Assembly (NCBI GenBank): GCA_039793395.1
Contig: JBAMLV010000020.1
Location: forward strand, 4,418 to 68,417
Direction: 5' to 3'
DNA: 64,000 bases
Source of the DNA: a bacterium
GTDB taxonomy: Bacteria > Hydrothermota > Tepidihabitantia > Tepidihabitantales > Tepidihabitantaceae
The first letter of the stretch is position 1, and each line of letters begins with the position of its first letter. Made by a program: the position numbers and the translations under genes. Below are positions 35,047-45,149 of this stretch, piece by piece. Below the pieces are notes generated by a model, which ran no database searches, was not told where the DNA came from, and saw only the letters and a program-made list of their open reading frames with translations.

Positions 35047-35999
35047 GCACTTGGCTTACGGGCTGGCGGCTGGTGCTGGGTTTTATTTTCACGATGGTGA
35101 CGGTGCCGATTGCCGGGCTGGTGCTTACCTGGGTGGACCGGTTCGTTTCTGCCCGGGTTCAGTGGCGCAAGGGTCCACCATTCTATCAGCCCTTTGCCGA
35201 CCTGCTCAAACTACTTCTGAAGCAGACGGTGGTGCCGGAGGGTGCGGTCCGGTCGGTGTTTCTATTTGCCCCGCTGGTTGGACTGGCAGGAATGATTTTG
35301 GTGGGAATGATGCTCTTTTACAGCAATTTTAATGTGATTGTCAGTCAGCAGAGTTCATTTGTCGGCGATATCATCGTGCTGCTTTATCTCTTTGCCCTGG
35401 TCCCGCTTGCCTTCATCGTTGGTGCCTCGGCATCAAGAAATCCGGTTGCCGCGGTGGGAGCGTCCCGGGAGATGACCCTTTATCTCGGTTACGAACTGCC
35501 GTTCGTGCTGGCGCTTTTGGTGCCGGTTGTCAAGGTGGCACAGCGCTGGGGTGTTGCCAGCGGGTTGCGCCTCGGCGGCATCATTGCCTATCAGCAGCAG
35601 TTCGGACCGGTGCTTTATTCCATTTCCGGCGTGATTGCCGCGATTATCATCCTGTTTGTCATTCAGGCAAAACTGGGCTATGTGCCGTTTGACATTCCCG
35701 AAGCCGAGCAGGAGATAATGTCCGGAGTAATTGTTGAATATTCTGGCGCACCGCTGGCGGCATTTCGTCTCACCCGGGCGATGATGTTTGTGCTCCTGCC
35801 CCTGTTCCTGATTACCATTCTCTGGGGTGGAATTCGGGACTGGTGGGCAGTGCTGAAATTGCTGCTGATTGTGGTGCTCGTCGTCCTGATGAAGAATACC
35901 AATCCGCGGTTGACCGTTCATCAGGCGTTGAAGTTTTTCTGGTTTATTCTGACCCCGCTGGGAATCGTGGGATTGATTCTGGCGTTCATTGGCTTATGA
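35043..35999 (+). CDS. mbhM: Membrane subunit NuoH/HycD/MbhM family
   Basis: RVQWRKGPPFYQPFADLLKLL, VPFDIPEAEQEIMSGVIVEYSG, KNTNPRLT. Confidence 0.88.
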   Translation: MSTWLTGWRLVLGFIFTMVTVPIAGLVLTWVDRFVSARVQWRKGPPFYQPFADLLKLLLKQTVVPEGAVRSVFLFAPLVGLAGMILVGMMLFYSNFNVIVSQQSSFVGDIIVLLYLFALVPLAFIVGASASRNPVAAVGASREMTLYLGYELPFVLALLVPVVKVAQRWGVASGLRLGGIIAYQQQFGPVLYSISGVIAAIIILFVIQAKLGYVPFDIPEAEQEIMSGVIVEYSGAPLAAFRLTRAMMFVLLPLFLITILWGGIRDWWAVLKLLLIVVLVVLMKNTNPRLTVHQALKFFWFILTPLGIVGLILAFIGL

Positions 36000-36412
36000 A
36001 GGATATTAGGCTCTGGGGACTGAAGAAATCGCCCTGGGTTTACCATGTGGCGGCAGCATCCTGTAACAACTGCGACATTGAGATTCTGGAACTCTTGACC
36101 CCGCGCTACGATGTTGAGCGGTTCGGAATTGTTTTAGTCGGCTCACCCCGGCATGCCGATGCGCTGCTGGTAACCGGGGTAATTAATCGGAAGTCACTGC
36201 CCCGGGTGCTTGAGGTTTATGAGCAGACGCCGAAGCCCTGTCTGGTGATTGCGGTCGGCACCTGTGCCTGTAACTGTCACATCTTCCGGAACTCCTACAA
36301 TGCGGTCGGTCCTTATGACCGGCACATCCCGGTTCATGCCTATATCCCGGGCTGTCCACCCAAACCCGAGGCGATGATTATGGGTGTGGTAAAGGCGTTG
36401 AGCAAACTATGA
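35996..36412 (+). CDS. mbhJ: Hydrogenase small subunit NuoB/MbhJ family
   Basis: SCNNCDIE, YDVERFG, SPRHADALLVTG, AVGTCA, IPGCPPKPE. ATG 35996 overlaps the preceding stop; ORF-track start 35843 is too far upstream. Confidence 0.92.
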   Translation: MKDIRLWGLKKSPWVYHVAAASCNNCDIEILELLTPRYDVERFGIVLVGSPRHADALLVTGVINRKSLPRVLEVYEQTPKPCLVIAVGTCACNCHIFRNSYNAVGPYDRHIPVHAYIPGCPPKPEAMIMGVVKALSKL

Positions 36413-36864
36413 GGAGCGATTCGCTAAGTAAGTTACAGGAAAGATTTCCTCAGGCAGAGGTGTTTGAGAAAAACCCCCGGCGGCTTTATATAAAAGTGCC
36501 GAAAGAGCAGATAACCCCGGTGGCAAAATTTCTGCACAACGAACAGGGAATGCGGCTTTCCATCTGCACCGGCATAGATACCCGGGACGGCTTTGAGGTT
36601 CTTTATCACTTTTCCGAAGATGCTACCGGTGTGATTTACACAATCAAGGTGCTGGTGCCCAAGGATGACCCGAAGGTTGATTCGCTCGGGTCGTGGTTTC
36701 CGGCGGCACAATGGATTGAACGGGAGATGCACGAACTGCTGGGAATAGAATTTGTGGGTCATCCGAACCTGATTCCTTTATTGACATCGGACAGCGACTG
36801 GGAAGCGGACCGGCATCCTTTGCGCCGGGACTATGAGAAAAGGAATGAAGCCCATGAGCGATGA
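36409..36864 (+). CDS. mbhK: NuoC/MbhK family subunit
   Basis: RLSICTGID, FEVLYHF, WIEREMHELLGIEFVGHP, HPLRRD. Confidence 0.9.
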   Translation: MRSDSLSKLQERFPQAEVFEKNPRRLYIKVPKEQITPVAKFLHNEQGMRLSICTGIDTRDGFEVLYHFSEDATGVIYTIKVLVPKDDPKVDSLGSWFPAAQWIEREMHELLGIEFVGHPNLIPLLTSDSDWEADRHPLRRDYEKRNEAHER

Positions 36865-38044
36865 GGTAAAGAACCGCCGGATTGTGCCGATTGGTCCGTA
36901 TCACCCGCTTCAGGAAGAGCCGGAGTTCTTTAAACTGATTGTTGAAGGTGAGCAGGTGGTGGATTTAGAGATTAATATCGGTTATAACCACCGGGGTCAT
37001 GAGTTCATCTCTCCGGAACTGACCTATGAGCAGGTGCCGTTTCTGGTGGAGCGGATCTGTGGCATCTGTTCTAACTCCCATCCGCTGGCAGCGGTGCTGG
37101 CGATTGAGGACTGTGCCGGTATTAAGCCACCACCCCGGGCAAATTACATCCGTTCAATCATCCATGAACTGGAGCGGATTCACTCCCACCTTTTGTGGCT
37201 GGGGCTTGCCGGACACTTCATCGGTTACAATACGGTCTGGATGTGGGCGTGGCGGTATCGGGAGCATATCCTGCAGGTTTTTGAGATGATTACCGGCAAC
37301 CGAAACCATTATGGTGCAAACAAACCGGGCGGGGTGCGCTGGGATATCAAGCCGGAGCAGGTGCCTGAAATTCGTGCTGCTCTGGACCTGGTGGAGCAGA
37401 AGACACTGATGCTCACCAAGGCGATTCTTGACGACCCGGTGACGAGGGCACGGCTGGAAGGGGTGGGGATTCTCACCCGGGAGCAGGCAATCGCCTGGTC
37501 GGTGGTTGGTCCAACCGCGCGGGCATCCGGGGTGGATATTGATGTCCGCCGGGATGACCCGCACTGCGCCTATGACCAGGTGCCCTGGAGTGTGATTGTT
37601 CTACCTGAAGGCGATGTGCTTGCCAAGGCAAAGGTAAGATTGCTGGAGATTTTTGAGTCAATTAAAATCATCCGGGGTTGTCTGGACCGGCTGCCGGACG
37701 GCCCGATTGAACTGCGGATAGATGAGATTCCGCCGGGCGAAGGGATTGGCAGAACCGAAGCACCGCGGGGTGAGGTCTTTCATTACATCCGTTCGGACGG
37801 AACGAACCGGCCGCTCCGGCACAAAATTCGGGCACCCAGTTATATGAATATCGCCTCCAATGTGGTGGCGGTTAAGGGCGGGTCAATTGCCGATGCGGCG
37901 TTGACCCTGGCTGCGGTTGACCCTTGCTACTGCTGCACCGAACGGATGGCGGCATTTGAAGACGGCAAGCTGAAGTATTCGGGCCAGGAACTGCTACGGC
38001 TTTCCTGGGAAAAGACCGAAAAGCTCCGGGAGCGGCTCAAATGA
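36854..38044 (+). CDS. mbhL: Group 4 [NiFe] hydrogenase large subunit (MbhL-like)
   Basis: IGPYHP, HRGHE, L1 motif ERICGIC, L2 motif DPCYCCTER, EAPRGE, RAPSYMN; 32-aa C-terminal extension after the L2 Arg. Confidence 0.93.
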   Translation: MSDEVKNRRIVPIGPYHPLQEEPEFFKLIVEGEQVVDLEINIGYNHRGHEFISPELTYEQVPFLVERICGICSNSHPLAAVLAIEDCAGIKPPPRANYIRSIIHELERIHSHLLWLGLAGHFIGYNTVWMWAWRYREHILQVFEMITGNRNHYGANKPGGVRWDIKPEQVPEIRAALDLVEQKTLMLTKAILDDPVTRARLEGVGILTREQAIAWSVVGPTARASGVDIDVRRDDPHCAYDQVPWSVIVLPEGDVLAKAKVRLLEIFESIKIIRGCLDRLPDGPIELRIDEIPPGEGIGRTEAPRGEVFHYIRSDGTNRPLRHKIRAPSYMNIASNVVAVKGGSIADAALTLAAVDPCYCCTERMAAFEDGKLKYSGQELLRLSWEKTEKLRERLK

Positions 38045-39252
38045 GTTTCGGCAACTGGTTGACTTTTGCCGGCGGTAAACTGGAGGTTTTCCTGACCCTG
38101 GTTTTCGGTTTTATCGGTCTGATGGCGCTGGTTTACTCCCTTGCCCGGGTGAAAGGTACGGCGCGGGAAAAGGCAGAATACTATATTTTCCTGCTGGTGC
38201 TCATCGGTGCCGGCATTGCCCTGGTCTTTGCCCGGGAAATACTTTTGATTTTTGTGATGTGGGAACTGGCAACAATTGCCCTCTGGCGCCTGGTCTCCTA
38301 CTTCCGGGATAAAGAGGCGGTTGATGCCGGCCGGTGGGCGTTTTATATCAATTTCGCCGCGGCCGCGGTTATGCTTGTCGGTCTGGTAATGATCTGGCTG
38401 GAATTCGGCACCTGGAATCTGGACCGGCTTGCCGGCCGGAGCCTGCCGCTGTTGCCGGCGCTCTTGGTGCTGGTAGGGATTGTTGCCAAATCCGCAGCGC
38501 TACCATTATATATCTGGCTCCCCCGGGCATATCGGCAGGCACCGGCAGCGGTTTGTGCATTGCTTTCCGGTGTGGCGGAAAATCTGGGGCTGGTGCTGTT
38601 TCTGAAACTTTTTGTCCTGACGGTGCAGGTTCCGGATTTATTTTATCTCATCAGTGCGATTGTTGCGCTCAGTTCCAGTCTGGTGGCGGGTGGGGTGGCA
38701 ATTAATTCCAGAACCATCCGGGAGACGCTTGCCTATTCCACGGTCAGCCAGCTGGGATTTATTCTGCTGGCATTCTCGGTGCGCGGTTACTATGGCATCA
38801 CCAGTGGTCTGCTTTACATTCTGGCACATGCGGTCGCCAAATCCGGGTTGTTCTTTGCAACCGGGGCGGTTGAGGATGGAGCCGGCACCGGTGAACTGGA
38901 ACGGCTTGGCGGCTGGGCAAAGGTATCTCCGGCACTCGCCGGTGCAACCGGGGTGCTGGCACTTTCAATTATGGGGCTGCCGCCGACCCTTGGATTTTTT
39001 GCCAAACTGGGGGTGGTGCTGGCTGCGGTGCGCAGTAACTTGCTGTACGGTATTGGGGCGCTGGTTGCGGCGTTGTTCACGGTGCTTTATCTGAGCCGTT
39101 TTTACACCCGGGTTTTTCTGGGTGCAAATGGAAGCCAAAATGCCCGGGTTTCAAAAATTGCCATTACCCTGGTGATAATTATGGCGGTGGTCTCCATCGG
39201 CGCCGGTCTTTTGTGGTTTGTGCCGGTCGGGTTTGTTGGCGGAGGCTGGTGA
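38041..39252 (+). CDS. Proton-conducting antiporter-like subunit (short MrpD/NuoN-like)
   Basis: FVMWELATI, AKSAALPLYIWLPRAY, TLAYSTVSQLG, HAVAKSGLF, GLPPTLGFFAK. Confidence 0.85.
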   Translation: MSFGNWLTFAGGKLEVFLTLVFGFIGLMALVYSLARVKGTAREKAEYYIFLLVLIGAGIALVFAREILLIFVMWELATIALWRLVSYFRDKEAVDAGRWAFYINFAAAAVMLVGLVMIWLEFGTWNLDRLAGRSLPLLPALLVLVGIVAKSAALPLYIWLPRAYRQAPAAVCALLSGVAENLGLVLFLKLFVLTVQVPDLFYLISAIVALSSSLVAGGVAINSRTIRETLAYSTVSQLGFILLAFSVRGYYGITSGLLYILAHAVAKSGLFFATGAVEDGAGTGELERLGGWAKVSPALAGATGVLALSIMGLPPTLGFFAKLGVVLAAVRSNLLYGIGALVAALFTVLYLSRFYTRVFLGANGSQNARVSKIAITLVIIMAVVSIGAGLLWFVPVGFVGGGW

Positions 39253-41180
39253 TGCTGGCAAATTCGTTTGTGCTGATGATACTCTTGCCGGCTGTAACCG
39301 GACTATTGGGCTATCTGATTGGCAGGTTAAGGAATGAGTTCAGTTTTATCGGCACGGTTGCTTCGCTCTATTATGCGCTCCGGCTGTTTCTTTTGTCCCG
39401 GGGCGGCGAACCGTTGAGTCTGACCCTGATGGAAATTGCGGGCATTCCGCTCGGTTTCCGGCTGGACCAACTTTCCGGGTTCATCCTTCTGTTTGTCAGT
39501 ATCTTTACCACGCTGATACTTTTCTATTCATTCCGGTATATGCGTGGCCGGGAAGGAACCCGGGGTTATTACCTTTATTCACTTCTGATTCTTGCCTTTG
39601 CCAACGGTGTGGTGCTCGCTACCAATCTGGTTACGCTCTTTTTCTTCTGGGGCGGTTTGCTCCTGTTGCTCTATGCCATTCTGCTAATCGGTCGGGGTGA
39701 AACCTTCAGAACTGCGCGCAAGGCGCTGGTCATCGTCGGGCTATCCGATTTTGCAATGCTTTTAGGGCTGGTGCTGCTGATTGTCCGGACCTATGTGCCG
39801 GGCGGCTGGATTGAACTGGCACCCCGGGTACCACTTCCACTCTATGACCCGGCGCTGGTTGCCGGTTTTGTCCTCATCACCGCGGGTGCGCTTGCCAAAG
39901 CGGGCGCGATGCCACTGCACACCTGGATTCCAACTGCGGCTGAAACCGCCCCCGCGCCGGTAATGGCACTGATACCGGCTTCACTGGACAAACTGTTAGG
40001 CATTTATCTTTTAATCCGGCTCACGGTTTATATGTTTGACATCGCCAGCAATATGGTGCTGCGCAATGTGTTGATGGCAGTCGGTGCGGGGACGATCCTC
40101 TTTGCGGTGATGATGGCGCTAATTCAGAAGCGGATGATGAAACTGCTGGCTTTCCATGCGGTATCGCAGGTGGGGTATATGGTCCTGGGAATTGGCACCG
40201 GAATCCCGGTCGGAATTGCGGGTGGACTGTTCCATATGCTCAACAATGCGATTTACAAGACCGGGCTGTTCCTTGCCGGTGGTTCGGTTGAGCACTGGGC
40301 AAAGACTGATGAACTGGAGAAACTGGGTGGGGTGGGCAGGCAGATGCCATTAACATTTGTCTCCTTCTTTATCTGTGCAATGGCGATTGCCGGGGTGCCG
40401 CCCTTGAACGGCTTTTTCTCCAAGTGGATGGTTTATCAGGGAGTGCTGGGTGTTGGCATTGAGGGGAACCGGCTGTTTCCAGTTTTTCTGGTGGCAGCGA
40501 TGTTTGGTAGTGTGCTGACTCTGGCGTCGTTTTTAAAGCTGATACACGGACTGTTTCTCGGGCAGCGTCCCCAAACACTGGCGCGGGTCCGGGAGGTAAG
40601 CATGACGATGTGGCTGCCGCCGTTTCTGCTTGCACTTGCCTGTGTCGCATTTGGTGTTTTCGCTTATCAGTTGCCGCTGCGCGGGCTCATCATCCCCGGG
40701 CTCAGGTTTTACGACCTGAATCTCACCGGGGTCTGGAGCCCGATTCCGGCAACGCTCTTGCTGCTGGCAGCGCTCGGTCTGGGCGCGATAATTTATTTTG
40801 CGGGCACGGCGGTCCGGCCGGTTACCGGCAGGACATTTGTCGGTGGCGAGCGGATTGGTTATAATGAGGAGAGCCGGGTGCCGGGAACCGCATTCTACTC
40901 CTCGGTCAAGCAGATGCCGATTGTCGGTGACCTGCTGGTTTTTGGTGAACGCGGGGCATTTGACCTCTATAACTGGCTGATAGGGATTTTCCGGGTGGTT
41001 GGCTATGTCTTCCGCGAAGGGGTTGACCGGGCGTTGCAGGCGCTGACCGAATTTATTGGCAAACTGGTTTATTACTTCGGGCTCGGGCTCTCTCGGATTC
41101 ATACCGGTAATTTGCCCCTTTATCTCTCGTGGGTATTCTTAGGTGCGGTGATTTTTTATCTGCTGCTGTTTTTGAGGTAG
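39252..41180 (+). CDS. Antiporter-like subunit MrpA/NuoL-like with C-terminal extension
   Basis: RLDQLS, KAGAMPLHTWIP, LLAFHAVSQVGY, KTGLFL, GVPPLNGFFSKW, IHTGNLPLYL. ATG 39252 overlaps prior stop, after GGAGG. Confidence 0.88.
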   Translation: MLANSFVLMILLPAVTGLLGYLIGRLRNEFSFIGTVASLYYALRLFLLSRGGEPLSLTLMEIAGIPLGFRLDQLSGFILLFVSIFTTLILFYSFRYMRGREGTRGYYLYSLLILAFANGVVLATNLVTLFFFWGGLLLLLYAILLIGRGETFRTARKALVIVGLSDFAMLLGLVLLIVRTYVPGGWIELAPRVPLPLYDPALVAGFVLITAGALAKAGAMPLHTWIPTAAETAPAPVMALIPASLDKLLGIYLLIRLTVYMFDIASNMVLRNVLMAVGAGTILFAVMMALIQKRMMKLLAFHAVSQVGYMVLGIGTGIPVGIAGGLFHMLNNAIYKTGLFLAGGSVEHWAKTDELEKLGGVGRQMPLTFVSFFICAMAIAGVPPLNGFFSKWMVYQGVLGVGIEGNRLFPVFLVAAMFGSVLTLASFLKLIHGLFLGQRPQTLARVREVSMTMWLPPFLLALACVAFGVFAYQLPLRGLIIPGLRFYDLNLTGVWSPIPATLLLLAALGLGAIIYFAGTAVRPVTGRTFVGGERIGYNEESRVPGTAFYSSVKQMPIVGDLLVFGERGAFDLYNWLIGIFRVVGYVFREGVDRALQALTEFIGKLVYYFGLGLSRIHTGNLPLYLSWVFLGAVIFYLLLFLR

Positions 41181-41183
41181 TTT

Positions 41184-41729
41184 ATGATTGAACTTTATCT
41201 TCTGCTGGCGGTGATGCTGGCGGCGGCGCTGGTTGCCAGCGAGACCAGTAACCTGTTGGCGGCGGCGGTTGCCCTGGGACTGGTCGGCTTCAGTGTGGCG
41301 ATTATGTTCATCCTGGTTCAGGCGCCAGACCTGGCAATAGTGCAGATTGTGGTGGAGACACTGACCGTGGTTTTCTTTACCGCGGTCATCCTCCGGACGA
41401 CCGACATTGACACCACGGTTACTCAGGGGTTGAAGATGGAAACGGCGATGTTCATTGCCGCTTTTCTGGCGTTCGGCGGACTGTTTCTGGCGTTGATTAT
41501 CGGCGTGCTTCAGGAACTGCCGCGCTTTGGCGAACCGGTGATGCGTATTGCCCAGCAGTATGTGCAACTCGGACTTGAGCGGACCGGGGCGGCGAATATC
41601 GTTTCCGCAATCATTCTTGACTTCCGCGGCTATGATACATTAGGTGAGGCGACGGTGCTCTTTACCGCCGTGGTCGGGGTGCTGACGGTGGTGCGCCTTG
41701 CCAGCCGGAAAAAGCCAGGGGAGTTTTAA
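41184..41729 (+). CDS. MbhD/MbhE-like (DUF4040 + MnhB-type) fusion subunit
   Basis: QAPDLAIVQIVV, GAANIVSAIILDFRGYDTLGEATVL. Confidence 0.85.
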   Translation: MIELYLLLAVMLAAALVASETSNLLAAAVALGLVGFSVAIMFILVQAPDLAIVQIVVETLTVVFFTAVILRTTDIDTTVTQGLKMETAMFIAAFLAFGGLFLALIIGVLQELPRFGEPVMRIAQQYVQLGLERTGAANIVSAIILDFRGYDTLGEATVLFTAVVGVLTVVRLASRKKPGEF

Positions 41730-41730
41730 G

Positions 41731-42171
41731 ATGCGCGGGATGTCGCTGATTGTCCGGGTGATGACCGGTCTGCTTGCCGGGATACTGATGCTCTACGGCG
41801 GTTACATCATTCTCCACGGTCATCTGACTCCCGGGGGTGGTTTTGCCGGCGGGGTGCTGGTGGCGGCGGCACTGATTCTGGTTTCGCTGGCACACGGGTC
41901 GGTGGAGCAGGTGGAGCGCCGGGAGTATATCCTCTCGTCAGTCTTTGAGAGTTCAGGCGGGTTGCTGTTTCTCGGTCTGGCGCTCGCCGGCTACATTGCT
42001 GCGGACTGTTTCTTCCGGAATGCCGGACTGTTTTTCATCGGTCAGCCCTTACAACTGGTAAGCGGTGGACTGATTCCGCTGGCAAACATCGCCATCGGCT
42101 TGAAAGTCGGTGCCGGGCTGTTTGCCATCTTTCTGGCACTCGGTGCCTCAAGATTTGTGATGAAGGAGTAG
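41731..42171 (+). CDS. mnhB: Na+/H+ antiporter subunit B (MnhB/MbhF)
   Basis: HGHLTPGGGFAGG, NIAIGLKV. Confidence 0.88.
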   Translation: MRGMSLIVRVMTGLLAGILMLYGGYIILHGHLTPGGGFAGGVLVAAALILVSLAHGSVEQVERREYILSSVFESSGGLLFLGLALAGYIAADCFFRNAGLFFIGQPLQLVSGGLIPLANIAIGLKVGAGLFAIFLALGASRFVMKE

Positions 42172-42173
42172 CG

Positions 42174-42527
42174 ATGATTCCCTATGTTGCCTGTGTGCTT
42201 TTGTTTCTTATCGGTCTATATGTGGTTATTTCCAAGCGGAATCTGATTAAGATTGTCATTGGATTTTCTCTGATTGAATATGCGGTCAACCTGTTCTTTG
42301 CCCTGGTCGGTTTTAAAAAGGGGGCGCTGGCACCAATCATCACCACCCTGGAGCAGGTGCGGATGGGTGTGAACCGCAACTTTGTTGACCCGGTGCCCCA
42401 GGCGCTGGTGCTGACCGCAATCGTCATCGGTCTGTCCACGACCGCGCTGATGCTTTCCCTCGCAATGCGGCTTTATGAAAAGTATAAAACCTTTGACATT
42501 TCAGAAATCAGACGGCTGAAAGGATAG
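42174..42527 (+). CDS. mnhC: Na+/H+ antiporter subunit C (MnhC/MbhG)
   Basis: RNLIKIVIG, DPVPQALVLTAIVIG. Confidence 0.92.
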   Translation: MIPYVACVLLFLIGLYVVISKRNLIKIVIGFSLIEYAVNLFFALVGFKKGALAPIITTLEQVRMGVNRNFVDPVPQALVLTAIVIGLSTTALMLSLAMRLYEKYKTFDISEIRRLKG

Positions 42528-42529
42528 CG

Positions 42530-44035
42530 ATGGAAGGCAGGATATTACCGCTGTTTGTCGCCATTCCGCTTGCCGGTGCATTTCTGGTACCGCTTTTGTC
42601 CAAACTGTGGTCCAGATTTTCCGACCTGATTGCCAGCATCGCCAGTGCACTGCTGCTCGGGATTTCAATTTACAGCTGGTTGATAATCAGTGCCGCCGGT
42701 GTGCCGCTGCATTACTGGGTCGGTGGCTGGCGTCTTATTGGCATTGCGATGTGGTTTGATGCCCTGACCGCGCTCGTGGTCTTCATCATTAATATTGTCG
42801 GTTTCTGTGCCACCATTTATTCCATCCGATATCTTGACCGCTACACCTCGGGCCGGTGGAAGTTTTTCACCCTGCTGCTTTTGCTCATCGCCGGACTGAA
42901 CGGACTGGCAATTTCCGGTGACCTGTTTAATATGTTCGTATTCATTGAGATTTCGGCGATTGCCAGTTATGCGCTGGTGGCATTTGGCACCGAAGAGGAG
43001 GAGGTGGAGGCGGCGTTTAAGTATATGGTGCTGGGTGAGGTCGGGGGAGCAATTCTTTTGTTTGGCATTGCGCTCCTTTATGCCCGGGCATCGACGCTCA
43101 ATCTCGCCCATCTTTCCCAGGTGCTTGCGGGTATGGGCAGGACACCATTCTACTGGTTTGTGATTGCCACCCTGCTGGTCGGCTTTGCCATTAAGATGGG
43201 GATGGAGCCGTTCCATGCCTGGCTGGCTGATGCCCATTTTTCAGCACCGGCGCCGATTTCAGCAATGCTCTCCGGCGTCTTCATCAAGATTACCGGTGTT
43301 TATGGGATGTGCCGGTTGATGTTCAATGTATTCGGGGTTTCCCGGCTGGAGACACCGGCATTCTTCAACCTGTTAATCGCCTTCGGTGCGGTCTCAATGG
43401 TGCTGGGCGGACTGCTGGCTTACACCCAGAGCGATTACAAGCGGCTGCTCGCCTATTCCAGTATCAGTCAGATTGGCTATCTCCTGGTGGCGCTGGGGAT
43501 TGGTAATTTCTGGGGTATAGCGGGCGCACTGTTTCACATTATTGCGCATGCGCTTGCTAAGGGCACCCTGTTTCTGGCAGCCGGTTCGGTTGAGCGTCAG
43601 GCTGGTACCCGCAACCTGGAGCAGCTCCGGGGTCTGGAGCGGGTGATGCCGGCCACCACCTGGTCGCACATCATCGCTTCCTTCTCAATGGCGGGGTTAC
43701 CACCGTTTGCCGGCTTCTTCTCCAAGTTGTTCATCATCATCGGCGCCCTAACAGCCCGGATGTACTGGCTGGCTTTTCTTGCGGCCCTGTTCTCGGCGGT
43801 GACCCTCGGTTATTTGACCAAAGTGGTCAATCTGTCTTTTTTTGCCCGCAAGGATGAGCCGCCAACTACTGCCCGGGAGGCACCGGCACTGATGGTGCTG
43901 GCAACCCTGCTTTTGGTGGTGCTGGTGCTGGCAGCGGGTCTGGGGTTCAAGGGGGTGCTTGACCATCTGGTCGGACCGGCGGCAAAAGTGCTTTTGAACG
44001 GGCTGGAATATGCCCGTCTGGTTCTGGGAGGATAG
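42530..44035 (+). CDS. mnhD: Na+/H+ antiporter subunit D (MnhD/MbhH)
   Basis: GDLFNMFVFIEI, AAFKYMV, PFHAWLADAH, KRLLAYSSISQIGY, GLPPFAGFFSK. Confidence 0.92.
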   Translation: MEGRILPLFVAIPLAGAFLVPLLSKLWSRFSDLIASIASALLLGISIYSWLIISAAGVPLHYWVGGWRLIGIAMWFDALTALVVFIINIVGFCATIYSIRYLDRYTSGRWKFFTLLLLLIAGLNGLAISGDLFNMFVFIEISAIASYALVAFGTEEEEVEAAFKYMVLGEVGGAILLFGIALLYARASTLNLAHLSQVLAGMGRTPFYWFVIATLLVGFAIKMGMEPFHAWLADAHFSAPAPISAMLSGVFIKITGVYGMCRLMFNVFGVSRLETPAFFNLLIAFGAVSMVLGGLLAYTQSDYKRLLAYSSISQIGYLLVALGIGNFWGIAGALFHIIAHALAKGTLFLAAGSVERQAGTRNLEQLRGLERVMPATTWSHIIASFSMAGLPPFAGFFSKLFIIIGALTARMYWLAFLAALFSAVTLGYLTKVVNLSFFARKDEPPTTAREAPALMVLATLLLVVLVLAAGLGFKGVLDHLVGPAAKVLLNGLEYARLVLGG

Positions 44036-44524
44036 GTGGCACGCCGATTTGCCTATTTTCTTGCCGGACTTTTGGTCTGGTTGCTCTTAGGCTGGACCCT
44101 GAACTATCAGGAGGTGATTGTCGGTGCGGCGGTGGCGCTGATTGCCGCGGGGATGTTTGGCGGTTATTTACCGCTGGAACCGAAAAAACTGCTCAATCCC
44201 GCCCGCTGGTTCTGGCTGCTGGTCTACATTCCGGTATTCGGCTGGCAGTGTCTCAAGGCAAATATTGATGTTGCGCTGCGGGTGCTCTCGCCGGGTTTGA
44301 ACCTGAAGCCGGGAATTGTCAAAATCAAAACCGGTCTGAAAAGTGACATTGCCAAGGTTTTTCTTGCGAACTCAATTACGATGACCCCGGGAACCCTGAC
44401 CGTGGAGATCAAGGACGACACCCTTTACATTCACTGGATTGAAATCCGCAGTGATGACCCAGAGGAGATGGCAAAAATGATTAAAGGACCGTTTGAATTC
44501 TTTCTGAAGCGGATTTTTGATTAA
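44036..44524 (+). CDS. mnhE: Na+/H+ antiporter subunit E (MnhE/MbhA)
   Basis: ANIDVA, KPGIVKI, LANSITMTPGTLT, LYIHWI. Confidence 0.92.
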   Translation: MARRFAYFLAGLLVWLLLGWTLNYQEVIVGAAVALIAAGMFGGYLPLEPKKLLNPARWFWLLVYIPVFGWQCLKANIDVALRVLSPGLNLKPGIVKIKTGLKSDIAKVFLANSITMTPGTLTVEIKDDTLYIHWIEIRSDDPEEMAKMIKGPFEFFLKRIFD

Positions 44525-44533
44525 GGAGGCGGA

Positions 44534-44785
44534 ATGGTGCCAATTATTGTATTGGTTCCGGCGGCGCTGTTCTGCCTGTATCGGGCGCTGGTTGGACCTT
44601 CAATTGCCGACCGGGCGATTGCGGTGGATATGATGGGTGTGGTTTTTTCGGCAATCACCGCGCTGGTCGCACTCAAATTCAGGCTCAGCTATCTGCTGGA
44701 CATTGCAATTGCGCTGGCGGTAATTTCCTTTATCGGTGCGCTGGCGCTGGCGAAGTTTCTTGAGAAAAGGAGCCTTGATGATTAG
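44534..44785 (+). CDS. mnhF: Na+/H+ antiporter subunit F (MnhF/MbhB)
   Basis: GPSIADRAIAVD, LDIAIALAVISFIG. Confidence 0.9.
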   Translation: MVPIIVLVPAALFCLYRALVGPSIADRAIAVDMMGVVFSAITALVALKFRLSYLLDIAIALAVISFIGALALAKFLEKRSLDD

Positions 44786-45149
44786 CGTGCTGGCGCTGAT
44801 TTTTCTGTGGCTGGGGGTTGCCTTTGTGCTGCTCGGGGCCCTGGGACTGGCAAGATTCCCAGACCTCTACAACCGGATGCAGGCCGCGACCAAATGTGTT
44901 ACCCTTGGAGTATGCGGAATTATGATTGGCATCTTTTTGCGCTCGGGTTTCAATTCCCTTGGTATCAAGGCGCTCATCTGTGCCCTTTTCATCCTTTTCA
45001 CCGTGCCCGTTTCCAGCCACGCCCTGGTCCGGGGTTCGCTGATCGCCGGGGTTAAACTCTGGCGGGGCACGGTCAAAGACGAGTTTACGGCTGACCGGGG
45101 TGGTGCATCAATCATTGAAAGCAATACCGGCAGCGGGGAGGAGCGATGA
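44778..45149 (+). CDS. mnhG: Na+/H+ antiporter subunit G (MnhG/MbhC)
   Basis: GLARFPDLYNRMQAATK, PVSSHAL; ATG 44778 after AGGAG. Confidence 0.9.
   Translation: MISVLALIFLWLGVAFVLLGALGLARFPDLYNRMQAATKCVTLGVCGIMIGIFLRSGFNSLGIKALICALFILFTVPVSSHALVRGSLIAGVKLWRGTVKDEFTADRGGASIIESNTGSGEER

Noticed and set aside
36854-38044. Calling the complex MBS/Mbx or complex I (NuoD)
   Set aside because: Both CxxC nickel-binding motifs are intact.
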